Assembly: GCF_963921235.1 (NCBI RefSeq)
Contig: NC_086097.1
Location: 42,348,001 to 42,412,000 of the forward strand
DNA length: 64,000 bases
Direction of reading: 5' to 3'
Source: Mobula hypostoma
Taxonomy: Eukaryota
Numbering within the stretch: the stretch's first letter is position 1; each line of letters begins with the position of its first letter. Positions 13,201 through 25,318 of the stretch are shown piece after piece. The notes under the pieces were generated by a model that ran no database searches, was not told the origin of the DNA, and saw nothing but the letters and a program-made list of their open reading frames with translations. Position numbers and translations under genes: made by a program.

Positions 13201-13310
13201 CAACTGACCCATCCTCAGCCTGGTCGGTCAGGTTCCCATCCCCCCAAATCCTCCCCAACAGTTCTATCAAACCTGCCCATATGAACATTGATCCCCCATG
13301 AGTTCAGGTC
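10262..13310 (-). mobile_element. CR1 LINE, degenerate ORF2 (endonuclease + RT)
   Basis: ORF 12846..13106 has LKILYLNAHGI...DIVDITESWL (APE endonuclease); 11355..11816 and 10916..11374 carry RT motifs. Confidence 0.9.
10634..10818. mobile_element. PLE-derived fold-back element inserted in CR1
   Basis: Same arms as 1-250; flanked by AGTATTACA(C/T)CCTTGC at 10618-10633 and 10819-10834; hammerhead core mutated. Confidence 0.85.
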
Positions 13311-13489
13311 TTTGGAATACTGTCTCTGGCAGCTTCACTTTAAGTGCTGTGTTCATGGAATTAAGCAATCATTCTGTCTTAGGCAGAATGCTTTCTAGGA
13401 AGCTCCCAATTTTATTGAGGAGGAAGCCTTCAATGTCAAGGAGCAATGCTTGCCAGTTCATTGATGGGCCAGCACATCTCAGTTTCAAA

Positions 13490-13770
13490 AGGTTAAAGAA
13501 GATTATCTTTGTTTATCACATGTGCATCAGCACATCAAAACATTCAGAGAAATGCATTGTTTGCATCAACGACTAGTACAATCCCAGGAAGTGCTGGGGG
13601 CAGCCTGCTCCAACATAGCATGCCTACAGCTTACTATTGCTAACCCACATGTCTTCGGAAACCTACACCTTCACGAGCAGAAGGAGCAAATTCCTTACAG
13701 ATAGCAGGAAATAAACGTGATACGACAGCGCTATCATGTGATGTACTAATCGCAATGCTACCGTGCCACA
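13490..13770 (-). mobile_element. Degenerate tRNA-derived SINE, related to the 51077-51310 copy
   Basis: Ends in GCTACCGTGCCAC, the reverse complement of the GGCACGGTAGC SINE head. Confidence 0.55.
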
Positions 13771-14828
13771 TAATCATCAGCCTACCTAGTTAGAAATAGT
13801 GCCTGAGTTGTCTTGAATAGAAATAAAACATGACCCTAGCCGGCAATGAACTGCGTCTTCTTTCATCCCCAAATCCCCCTCTTATAATCAGTAATTCGAT
13901 ACGGGAGGGGCCCATCTTCCAGTTACCTGTCTGAGCTAATACTAACTGAGTTCAGAATGAGTGCAGTGCATTTCAGAAGAGTTGGCTTCCTCTTCTGAAG
14001 AGGAACAGAGACCTCAAGATTCTACAGCTGAAGTAAAGGGATGAAAGAAGGATTGATGTTTTGTGCAATTGAAGGAATGAGTTGCTGATCCAAGCTACTG
14101 CAGTTTGACAAGTAGTTCAGACTGAATGAGGGAGTAAGGAAACCCTGCAGCACATTTTCTCCAGCCTTGGTGTGCTGACCATTTGATTCTAAACCTGCTT
14201 ATGTCTGCAATTATACTCAGCTTTGCAATAGTCTATAGATTTTACTTCTGCATAAGTTATCTGTTCTCCTAGAATGAGAACATTCCTGAGGATATGGTAA
14301 AATGGCCATTGTGTCAATTTTGTTTATTTAAAACAAACTTACATATTCAAATTTCATCAATTGTGCCAAGTTTTTATTTTTCTTCCTCATAAATTCGATG
14401 GCCCAATTCTGCTATGTGGTTATTGGGCTTGAGATGTTAGTTCTATTTCTCTGCAAGCTTCATACAGTACGTATGGAAAGGAATAAAGAGTCAAAATGTC
14501 AACTCTATTCCTTCACATAGATGCTGCCTGCTGAGATCCTCCATCATTTTGTGTATATTGCTCTGGATTTCCAGCATCTGCTGAATCTTTTGTGTTAAAG
14601 TTTATATCTGATGTGTGTGTGTTTGCAGTATTTTCAGTTCCACTTACAGTGAAAGCTAGTTCAGACTAGTTGCATTCTGTAATCCTTCAGATATAGTTAG
14701 CTGGCCTATCTTAATAATATTTCTCTATCTATTAATGAACTTGTACTGTGAAGTTGCTTTGTACAAAATTAATGAATCTGCCTCTACAAACTCTCATCAA
14801 TGCTAAAAACATTGTGTTACTTCAAACT

Positions 14829-15646
14829 GAGTCTGAGTACAGGGCTACGGTAGGAAACTTTGTCACATGGTGTGAGCAGAATTATCTCAGCTTAATGTGA
14901 AAAACACTAAGGAGCTGGTGGTAGACTTGAGGAGAGCTAAGGTACCGGTGACCCCTGTTTCCATCCAGGGGGTCAGTGTGGACATGGTGGAGGATTACAA
15001 ATATCTAGGGATACGAATTGACAATAAACTGGACGGGTCAAAGAACACTGAGGCTGCCTACAAGAAGGGTCAGAGCCGGCTCTATTTCCTGAGGAGACTG
15101 AGGTTCTTTAACATCTGCCGGACGATGCTGAGGATGTTCTACGAGTCTGTGGTGGCCAGTGCTATCATGTTTGCTGTTGTGTGCTGGGGCAGCAGGCTGA
15201 GGGTGGCAGACACCAACAGAATCAACAAACTCATTCGTAAGGCCAGTGATGTTGTGGGGATGGAACTGAACTCTTTCACGGTGGTGTCTGAAAAGAGGCA
15301 GTCTAAGTTGCATGCCATCTTGGTCAATGTCTCCCATCCACTACATAATGTACTGGGTGGGCACAGGAGTACATTCAGCCAGAGACTCATTCCACCGAGA
15401 TGCAACACAGAGCGTCATAGGAAGTCATTCCTGCCTGTGGCCATCAAACTTTACAACTCCTCCCTTGGAGGGTCAGACGTCCTGAGCCAATAGGCTGGTC
15501 CTGGACTTACTTCATAAGTGACTGGCATAGTTTACATATTACTATTTAACTATTTATGGTTCTATTACTATTTATTATTTATGGAGCAACTGTAACGAAA
15601 ACCAATTTCCCCCGGGATTAATAAAGTATGACTATGACTATGACTA
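14829..15646 (+). mobile_element. Rex1/Babar-like LINE, 5'-truncated
   Basis: ORF 14897..15493 has NTKELVVDLRR, YKYLGIRIDNKL, KKGQSRLYFLRRLR and SFLPVAIKLYN; AATAAA then (TATGAC)n tail. Confidence 0.85.
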
Positions 15647-16608
15647 AACTAACTATTTGCAACTTCATCAGGTCTAGGTCACACAATTCTGTTACTGAAT
15701 TGATTTTCTTGTTCCTTTGAAAGGTGATAGATGACTATTCTTCATTTCTATTTTGCTTGAGGTACAATGTAGATGATTGAGGTGTGTGTATGATTTCAGA
15801 ACATGTAGAGTTACTGGACTGTTATTTATAAGATTCACTGTTATGGATTGGATGTTGTAGTTAAACAACTCTTGCCTAACATCTGAAATCACATCATCTA
15901 TTTTGGTGAAACGCTACAGGAAAGTAACAGTTTAAAGATTAATATCACCTTTGCCCAAGAAGAGAAATGATTGCTACAAGACATTGTGAGGAATGCATGT
16001 TTCTCTTATGATAACAAGGATAAGTTAGTAACACATAACTTTGCACAGTAAAATTTGTACAGGTAATTATGCTTTCATTTTGTCAATGGGAAAATAAATG
16101 CAAAGATCCTTCACAGAGAACTGTGTCTGATAAATCACGCAGGCATTTTTTCACATTGGAGCTTAGCTTATCAAAACTGACACTATACACAATTTCAAAG
16201 TGTAACTATTAATTGTATCACAGTGAACATTGTAACACTGTTTTATATGTCAATACCATAATTTTGAAGTACCTTATTGAAGTGTATTTTGATCTGTGGT
16301 TTCCTAGTCGATAGATTGGAGTAAAATGTGCTGAGAATTTTGCAAAAAGCCTGGAGAACTCTAAAAGATATCTTTCTTTTATCCCTGAGGTTCATCGCAG
16401 ATGCTTGCAGTGACACATGAATGATCAAATACTCACCATTAATAGTAACGTATTTACATATGTTAGACCTAAAGAACATACCAGCATTGCACAGTATTTA
16501 AATCTAACGTAAGTAAATATGTTAATACTGGTATGTTAATATGTGTTAAATAAAGAAACAAAAGATACTGCAGATGTCAGAATCTGAAAAAAAAACATAC
16601 TGGTATTG

Positions 16609-17331
16609 ACAGTCCTTCCAGGTGAGGCGACACTTCACCTGTGAGTCGGCTGGGGTGATATACTGCGTCCGGTGCTCCCGATGCGGCCTTTTATATATTG
16701 GCACAGGCTGGGAGACCATTTCGCTGAAGGTCTACGCCCTGTCCACCAGATCTCCCAGTGGCCACACATTTTAATTCCACGTCCCATTCCCATTCTGATA
16801 TGTCTATCCACGGCCTCTTCTACTGTCAAGATGAAGCCACACTCAGGTTGGAGGAACAACACCTTTTATTCCGTCTGGGTTGCCTCCAACCTGATGGCAT
16901 GAACATTGACTTCTCAACTTCTGTTAATGCCCCACCTCCCCTCCGTACCCTATCCCTTATTTATTTATTTATTATTATCATTTTTTTCTTTCTCTCTTTT
17001 TTCTCCCTCTGTCTCTCTCACTATAACTCCTCACCCATCCTCTGGGTCCCCCTCCTCCTTTCTTTCTCCCTAGGCCTCCCATCCCATGATCCTCACCCTT
17101 CTCCAGGCTCGTATCCCTTTTGCCAATCAATTTTCCAGCTCTTAGCTCCATCTCTCCCCTCTTGTCTTCTCCTATCATTTCGGTTCTCCCCTTCCCACTC
17201 CCACTTTGAAATCTCTTATTATCTCTTCTTTCAGTTAGTCCTGACAAAGGGTCTCGGCCTGAAACGTTGACTGTACCTCTTCCTATAGATGCTGCCTGGC
17301 CTGCTGCGTTCACCAGCATTTTTTTTGTGTG
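16609..17331 (+). mobile_element. Penelope-like element 3' part: GIY-YIG endonuclease remnant plus pLTR with hammerhead motif
   Basis: Translates to FQVRRHFTCESAGVIYCVRCSRCGLLYIG and ATHFNSTSHSHSDMSIHGL...RLEEQHLLFRLGCLQPDGMNIDF. Hammerhead-like motif at 17236-17273 (CUGACAA, GAAAC-GUU). Probable TSD ATACTGG(T/C)ATTG at 16597 and 17332. Confidence 0.88.
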
Positions 17332-18075
17332 ATACTGGCATTGCACATTATTTTAGATTCTGGCATCTACAATATCTTATGTCTCTTTAGTTTCCATACA
17401 AAAGTAGTTGTTTGGGGAACAGCAAGTTCTCCTGCCCAGGAGCCTCTAGCACCCTGACTGGAGATGTGATCGGTGTGCTGAACAATGAAGAGAAGCAACA
17501 GCTCATGTACAGGCTTGGGTCCGTCTCCTTCCTGTTTCTGTGATGGTCTGGACTGTGATGTTCTGCCAGTCAGCCTCATCTTACCTCTGGAATTCTGGTC
17601 TTTGGTTTAGATTTGGGCCAAGGCTGTCATGAGGTCCAGGGCTGAGTGATCTTGACAAAAGCCAAACTGGGTCTCAGTTATAAGTCAGTAAATGCCACTT
17701 GATAGTACTATCTACGACACCTTCCATCATTTTGCTGGTGACTGGGGACAGACTCCGCGAGAGGAGTGGGGAGCAGGTGACAGAGAAGGAGTGCCAGGGG
17801 CAGGGGGTGGCCCAGGTGCAGACACACCCAGTCCTGAGACACCAGGCAAGGTCATTTGATCCCAAATAATTGGTTTACTGACATTACAGAATGTACTTCT
17901 GGTGCCTCCTGCCCCCTTCCTCCATTCTCAACCATGATTCCCCTCTCTCTGCCCCCTTCTCACTCTCAGTTCACAATAGAAACCCACATCAGAATGAGGT
18001 TTATCATCACTCACAAACGTCATGAAATGTGTTTATTTCTGCAGCCGCAGTACAGTGCAATACATAAAATTACTA

Positions 18076-18145
18076 CAGTACTGTGCAAAAGTCTTCGGCA
18101 CCCTATCTATATAATGTATATACCTAAGACTTTTGCTTAGTACTG
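18076..18145. mobile_element. Tc1/mariner-type MITE
   Basis: Terminal inverted repeats CAGTACTGTGCAAAAGTCTT and AAGACTTTTGCTTAGTACTG, with TA on both sides. Confidence 0.8.
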
Positions 18146-18366
18146 TATGTTAGTAATAGTAAGCTTGATTCTGAAATAGGATTAATTAATGATCTTATAG
18201 AGAAGATAAAAACAATCATAGTCCGATTGAGTTTTACAATCTTTGATGGATGGAAAAAATGATTCCAGGAGTTTTATTTTTAACCTCGATAATGGAAATG
18301 AGGACACTCAACTACAGCTGTTGAAGTGAACTGAAGTGATGCAGAAATCAGTCAGTCAATGGGATC

Positions 18367-18770
18367 TGTCATGATGGGCGTTGGCAAAGTTGGGACCCAA
18401 GTGCAGAGGAAAGACAGACTCCAATGTAGAGATGACGAACAGAGTTTATTCATAAGTATTCGGACAGGACATTGATGGCCCGCCCAAGAGACACCGCGAG
18501 ATGTAACATTCTCAAAACTAAGACCCCACGATTAGCACTAATCACGCGTCCCCTTAAATACAAGTAACAGGGAACCCCTGAGCCCGTCAAAATTAACATA
18601 AAGCACCAGGAGACCACATTATAAAAAGCAAGGCACTCAAGAAAAAAACACAAGGAATTCTGAAGGATTAATTACAGTCAATAAACAACATTTAACCAAC
18701 TCAGGTGCTCCAAGAAACTTGGAGCTCAATGCTCTCCGGCTCCCCACACAGGCCAGAAGACCTCATTACA
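18367..18770 (-). mobile_element. Solo LTR (Gypsy-type)
   Basis: TG...CA ends; TTTATT (minus-strand AATAAA); shares ACCCAAGTGCAG with the 27070 LTR. TSD not clean. Confidence 0.6.
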
Positions 18771-19055
18771 GGGGTCTTTCAGAATGTGCAGAATAGATAA
18801 AATTTCAGTAATAAAGAAAGATATCAAGAGGAGATTCCTCCATTCAGGGTTAACTGGAAGTTAAATGTTGTATCAGATTTCAAGAAAATACATAAAACTA
18901 CACAAAGGTGAGTGACATGCAAAGAGATTGGCAGAATATATATATGGAAAAGAAAGATAACTTGGAGTAGGAAATGCAACTAGCTAGAAATATAAAAGCA
19001 CATAGTAAGAATTCATGTAGATTTTTTTAGGAATCAAATTAACAATGATTACATG

Positions 19056-22000
19056 TGTTCTGTTTGCTCACCTATAACTACTGATGAGAACTGAAGTCAG
19101 GAGATAGAACAAATCTGGAACACAAAATAAACTTTTATTCAGAAAACCACACAGCTACAAAAGTCTCAACAGAGCATCCCAAGGCAGGATTCTTTAAATA
19201 GTTTACCCAAGAACATTCAAGACATTGTTAGGAGCAATGACCAATCAGTGAAAGTCAGCCTGGGATTGGTTGTCAGCCAGCCAATGGTTGTTGGTTGTTT
19301 CAGCTCACTGCAACACTTCCCTCTTGAAGATGATTACCTTTAGGATTTGAGCCAAGGGTTGATTTGGATTGGAATAACCAGCTTGAACTGCTAGTCAGTC
19401 CTCAGTGGATGCAGGCTGTAACTTTTTTGTTACAACGTTGCTTATGGTTGGTTCATTTCTGGTAAATCGAACCCTTCCAGGAAGAGATGAAGGCCCAGCT
19501 CTGTGTTTGGTGATCTGCCTGATGAACCTGTTGTACTTTCAGGAGCATGTGGCCACAACAGGATAATGTGGTGATAGCAGGGATGTCCATCTACAATAGC
19601 TTCAGTGAGCACTTTCCCCATTCGTTTGACAATCTGATCCAGTACCCAGGGGTTTTGCCTATCTCAATACTGTCTGGGCCACACCGTAGCTCGGGGCTTG
19701 AATGACTCCACCTGTCGACCAAGGTCTGTGTGGCTGCCCTTGTGCATCTGCCCATCTGCTGTCTCAGATGTTGGACACTGTGTCAGCATTACATCCAGCA
19801 CTATGTACAGTTTTCTTACCAAAATCACTTCAGCTGGAAACTTCCCTTCATGGATGTGATGTAATTTGACATGTCAGCAGAAGTGTGCTGAGAGCCTTGG
19901 TCGAAGCTCCTTCCCCTCTTGATTTCAGAAGAGACCATTTGAAGGTATGCACAAACCTCTCTGCTTGGATGTTGGACTGTGGATGACATGGGAGTGGGAG
20001 TGAGCAGATATGGAATGCAGCACAACGCTCCGGACAATTGGGTGCTGTTGCCAGAAGACAGCAGCTGAAGTTCTGCAGCAGCTGTTGAATGGTAGCCTGT
20101 ATCGTTGTTGACATCATAGATAATACGAGGTGGGTATACCCATTGACAAGCTAGGTATACCCATTGGTTGGGTCAGCAAAGTCAATATGGACTCGACTCC
20201 AAGGTCTGGTAGCCTGAGGTACTGGTTGTGGATTGGCTCTACTTGAATTCTTTGCTGCCACAGAGCACTGAGTACACCGCTTGCAGACGGATGTGATATC
20301 TTTGTCTGTGCCTGGCCTGGACACAAAGCTTCTTGCCAGGGCTGACCATGTGGAAGTGCTTGTGGAACCATTATTCTGTCTCCAAACATTAAGCAGGAGT
20401 CCACGGTCGAGGCCGAAGTATGATGATAGTAAAAGGGTACAAAATCCAACTCAACTCTGTCTATCCATCAATGAGATATCCACTGATATGCTGAAGAAGA
20501 GGATCTGTAGCCATCCCGCTCTGATCTTGTTGACCTTGACTGGATTACCTTCAGCCGTATCCAATACAACCTGGTGGACCACGATCAACTGAAATCGCAG
20601 CCTATGACTACATCTTCACTTTCAGTTGTCTGCTGATTCATAAGTCTGGAGAGGGCATTTGTCTGACTAGATTCCTGGGTTGATGTGTACTTGATTTCAA
20701 ATTTTAGGCTAATATCATAGTTCCCCATCTTAAAGACAGTATACATGGGATGCCTTCCTTAGACCCAAAGATGGACAACAGTGGTTTGTGATCAGTAAGG
20801 AGAGTGAAGCATCTGTCAAAAGGCATCTCGTGGAATTTCTTCACAGCAAGAAGTTCCCAAGGCTTACTTCCCAACTTGTCCATAGTTTTTTCTGTTGCGG
20901 TCAGTGATTTGGCTGCATGCATGACAGCTTTTTCAGAACCATCAGGGAAGAAATGGGAATGACAGCACCCATCCCATAGTTGGACACATCCATCACAACT
21001 ACAGTTGGTAACTCTGATTGGAAATGCACCAAGGTTGGATGACAGCATATCCTTCTCCTGATCAAAAAATCTTTTGCCATTGTTTGGACCATTTCCACAT
21101 GGCACCCTTGTTGAGCATTGCATGGATCCCTCAGCTGGTACATTGCTGGGAGAAATTCTGAATAATGACAGATCATGCCCAAAAAATTATTATAAGGTGC
21201 TGACATCTGATGGTGGAAGCATCTTTAAGATAGCAGTGATGTTTTCTGGATCATGCTCATCTATAATGAACCCAAGATACTTAATTGCAGACATTCAGTG
21301 GCTGTATTTATCTGCCCAAAGTCACAGTTCAGTCTTGTAGCTTGTTCAAAACGTGGTCCAGGCATTGGTATAGTTCTGTTTGATCTGTGCCCATCAAGGT
21401 AAGCGACCACACCATCAATAACATTCAGCATGACATCCATGTGCTTCAAGAAAATTGAAGGAATCGCCTTTACCCTGAAAGGCAGACGATGGAAGGAAAA
21501 CAACTCTTTATGTGCTGTTATCATGAGATGCTCCTTGGTTGTAGCTTAACTAACTAATAGTTGATAAATACACTAGCATACAGTCTCCTGCTGGTGAAGT
21601 CAACTATGGGTGTTAACATTGAACTCCTTGTTGATTTTGATGGCTTTTGAAACTTCTTGCCCTTGTGTTTTGCTGGTCTAGAAGACAGAGAAGGACAGTA
21701 AAGACCTTCATTGTAACCACGGCAATGGCTTTTGCTGCAAATGTGTTTCTTGTATTGGTAGTTTCTTGCATAATGCCACACACCACAGTTCCATCGAGCT
21801 GTGCTTGGTCACTTGGAGACCTGCTGAGTGATGATATCTGGGCCACTGGAAACCCCATTGACACGGTTCTGTCGGACCAGGTTGACATTTTTGAATGACA
21901 GCTTGTAGAGTCACATCACGGTCTTGCTCTAGTTTGGCCAGGAACCATTTGGAAATGTCTGCATCCCCAGGTACCTGAAGACTGCAAATAAAAATCAGAC

Positions 22001-22704
22001 ATTTAAACTGATTCAGTCATGTTACCCAGCTCAAACTTTTATCATTTGCGATTGACGACAACATATATGATGAATTTATCGGCATCATGTTTAATGACTT
22101 TTAGGTAATGGTAGCAAACACTGAAGAGAGATGACTGCTTTCCAAAAATGCTTGTTAGCTGCTGGACGGTTTCGTCAAATGATAGGTCATGCGTGATCTT
22201 AAGGAGGACGAAGTTGAAGTAACGCTCATATTCAGCAGGATCCAATTCTCGAAGCAAAGTGTGTGTCTTCCACAAGTTGTCTTTACTGGCAAACTTAATC
22301 CAGAAGATACATTCATAACATTTGAATCAGGATTCAAATATAACTCCCGAAGTGGTATTGAACTGGAAGCAACAACTAACTCATGTGTTCTATTCAGTGT
22401 TTGACACAGACGTCATTTTGCTGAAACTGCCGTGTTGATATAATACTCATCACCAATTTGTTCTGTTTGCTCACATGTAACTGGTGATGAGATCTGAAAC
22501 TGGGAGATAAAACAAAGCCAGAACACAAAATAAACCTTTATTCAGTAAAACCACTCAGCAGTGCATCCTAAAGCACAACTATTTAAGTGGTTTGCCCAAG
22601 ACCAATTGAGACATTATTAGGAACAATGACCAATCAGTGAATGGAAGCTCAGGATTGGTTGTCAGCTGACTAATAGGCATTGGTTATTTTGGCTCACCAT
22701 AACA
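19056..22704 (-). mobile_element. Old Mag-like Gypsy provirus, internally deleted, inserted in a CR1 fragment
   Basis: Diverged LTRs 22459-22704 (5') and 19056-19315 (3'); polypurine tract next to the 3' LTR; PBS TGGTGATGAG. Fragments of gag (22042..22275), RT (RLPF...VAYLD), RNase H (FTLLTDHKPLLSIFG) and integrase (HPQSNIQAERFV). Confidence 0.88.
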
Positions 22705-23356
22705 ATAGGTTCAATCTAAAGAGAATCCTGGGTATTAATAATTTGGAAAAAAAAAAGCCATGGCAGATGAATTAAATAAGTATTTTGCATCAGTCTTCTC
22801 AGAAGTAGTTTTAAACTCTGTTAGGCAAAATCTACTAGCATAATTGCTAATGATTCTTCACTCCCCGATGAGCTTAATGACCCCATTCCCCCAGGGTATT
22901 TAATGACTCTGTAATCTATGCCTCAGAGGCCAATGTCAAAATATCCTTCGAGAAGGTGAACCCTCGCAAAGCCTCAGGCCCTCGTGGTGTACCTGTCAGG
23001 ATGCTGAAAACTTGTGCCGACCAACTTTCTGGAGTGTTTGGGGCATCTTCAACCTCTCACTGCAGCGGTCAGAGGTTCTTACCTGGTTCAAAGGGGCATT
23101 AATCATACCAGTACCCAAGGAAAGCAGGGTGAGCTGCCTCAATGACTATTACCTGGTAGTGCTCACATCTAATGTGATGAAATGCTTTGAGAGGTTGTTC
23201 ATGGATAGAATCAACTCCTGTTTGAGCACGGGTCTGGGCCGACTGCAATTTGCCTACCACAACAACAGGTCTCACAGGCTTTAGACCACCTGTAGAACAG
23301 CAATACCGACAACTGTTTATCAATTACAGTTTGGTATTCAACACCCTCAACCCGAG

Positions 23357-23977
23357 GATTAGATTAGATTAGATTAGATTATGAGGACACACAGTCCTTT
23401 TTTATTGTCATTTAGTAATGTATGCATTAAGAAATGATACAATATTCCTCTTGTGCTACATCACAGAAACACAGGACAGACCAAGACTGAAAAACTAACA
23501 AAAACCACACAATTATGACATATAGTTACAACAGTGCAACAATACCATAACTTGATGAAGAACAGGCCATGGTCACAGTAAAAAAGTTCCGTCTCTCGAA
23601 AGTCCCACATCTCACGCAGATGGGAGAAGGAAGAAAACTCTCCCTGCTATGCCTGACCACAGTCCTACTCTGAGTCGTCTGAAAACTTTGAGCATCCGAT
23701 CAGCCCTCCGTCACCGAGTACCGAGCACCATCTCTGCCAAACGCTTCGACCCCAGCCTCGGTCACCAGCAGCAGGCAAAGCCGGGGATTTTGGGGCCTTC
23801 CCTCTGGAGATTCTCGATCGCACAGTAGCAGTGGCAGTGAACCGGGCATTTCAGAAATTTCTCCAGATGTTCCTCTGCTTCTCACGTCTGTCGCCATCAA
23901 ATCCTACTTACAAATATGATATCATTTCACCGGAGAGCTGCACACACTGCGTCGCGCTGCCATCTTCTCCTCCCGCC
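23357..23977 (-). mobile_element. ~620-bp non-coding retroposon with (CTAAT)n tail; further copies at 33132-33553 and 52522-53147
   Basis: Three similar copies; two share the same 5' end (GGCGGGAGGAGA[A/G]GATGGCAG on the minus strand). Confidence 0.75.
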
Positions 23978-24741
23978 AATGAACTAATCAACAAGTTTCA
24001 AAACCTGAGCCTTTGTACCTCCCTCTGCAATTGGATTCTTGACTTCATCATCAAGAGACCACAGTCAGTATGGATTGGTGATAACACCTTCTCCTCACTG
24101 ATAATCAACACAGGTGCGGCAACAAGCTTGCGTTCAACATCAGTAAGACCAAAGCAATGACTGTGACTCCAGGACGGGGAGGTAGGGAGAACACACACCA
24201 AGCTTCAGTGAGGGGTCAGTGGTGGAAAAAGTGTGCTGTTCCTGGATCTCAACATCTCTAAATATCTACCTTGGAGCAACCATATTGTTGCAATCATGAC
24301 AAAGTCACACCAGCAGAGTCATTAGGAGTTTGAGGAGATTTGCTATGTCATCAAACACTCTTGCAGATTTCTACAGATGCACTGTGGAGAGTATACTGAC
24401 TGGTTGATTCACCACCTGATCTGGAGGCTCCAATGCACAAGGTCGAAAGAGACTACAGAGTTGGACACTCAATCAGCTTCGCCATGAGCACGCACCTCCC
24501 ACCACGAAAAGTGTCTTCAAAAGGAGGTGCCTCATAAAGGCAGAATCAATCATTAAGGACCGTCTCGATCAAGAGCACTCTTCTCATTACTACCATCAGA
24601 GCAGGGGTACAGGAGCCTGAAGACCCACACACAATGTTTAAGAACAGCTTCTTCCCCTCTGCCATCTCATTTTTTGAACGGCACAAGAACCCATGAACAC
24701 TACCTCACTGTTCCTATTTGGACCTTGTATGTATTTATTTC

Positions 24742-25318
24742 GATGGTTCCTTAAGGTTGTTACAACCAGGGGTGATAATGGGGACAAGCTCCCACTACCT
24801 ATTAAATGCTCCCGATGGCATGCACCCGAAATAGCCTCTTACAGTCAAGCTCAATTCCCGGCCTTCATGTGTGGCTTAGCTACTGAGCCTGGCAGAACCA
24901 TTTCTGCTGACAGCAAAAGGGGCAAAGGTGGGTCGCTGGCACCTTAAAACCAGTCGCTTCGGGCAGATGGGGCTCAACAGCTATGGTTGGCAGCTCACCT
25001 AGGAGAAGGAAAACTCTGATCTCAAACCTCTGCTGCTTTGCGGCTACACCCACTCATGGGGAAGGCTTCAGGAAAAACCCAGAGCTGGCGTCTTTAAGGC
25101 AGTCCTACATTGAGTTTAATGCTGACTGGTGACTCCTGCGATGCTGCTGGTACCAAACTGTACTGGTCTCCGCCATTCCTTTGGGTTCATCAGTTGCATG
25201 GAGAGGGGGAGCTCGCTACATGGGCACCAGCTTGCTCTCCATATCATACTGCCCAGACTTGGTGTATCTAGACAGCTAGGACACAATATCATTGCAACTC
25301 TGACTGACAGAGGCCTCG
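24742..25318 (+). mobile_element. Non-coding interspersed element inserted in the Rex1-like 3' UTR, possibly RTE-related
   Basis: GC-richer block that splits the LINE 3' UTR; contains CTAGGAGAAGGAAAACTCTGA, which I recall from LINE 5' regions. Family uncertain. Confidence 0.45.

Noticed and set aside
13970..14045. Short acidic, Ser-rich possible exon (EELASSSEEEQRPQDSTAE)
   Set aside because: Weak splice signals and no homology I can recognise.
16758..17346. 170-aa and 122-aa ORFs with hydrophobic or low-complexity tails
   Set aside because: Read-through of the PLE endonuclease end into the pyrimidine-rich pLTR, and its antisense.
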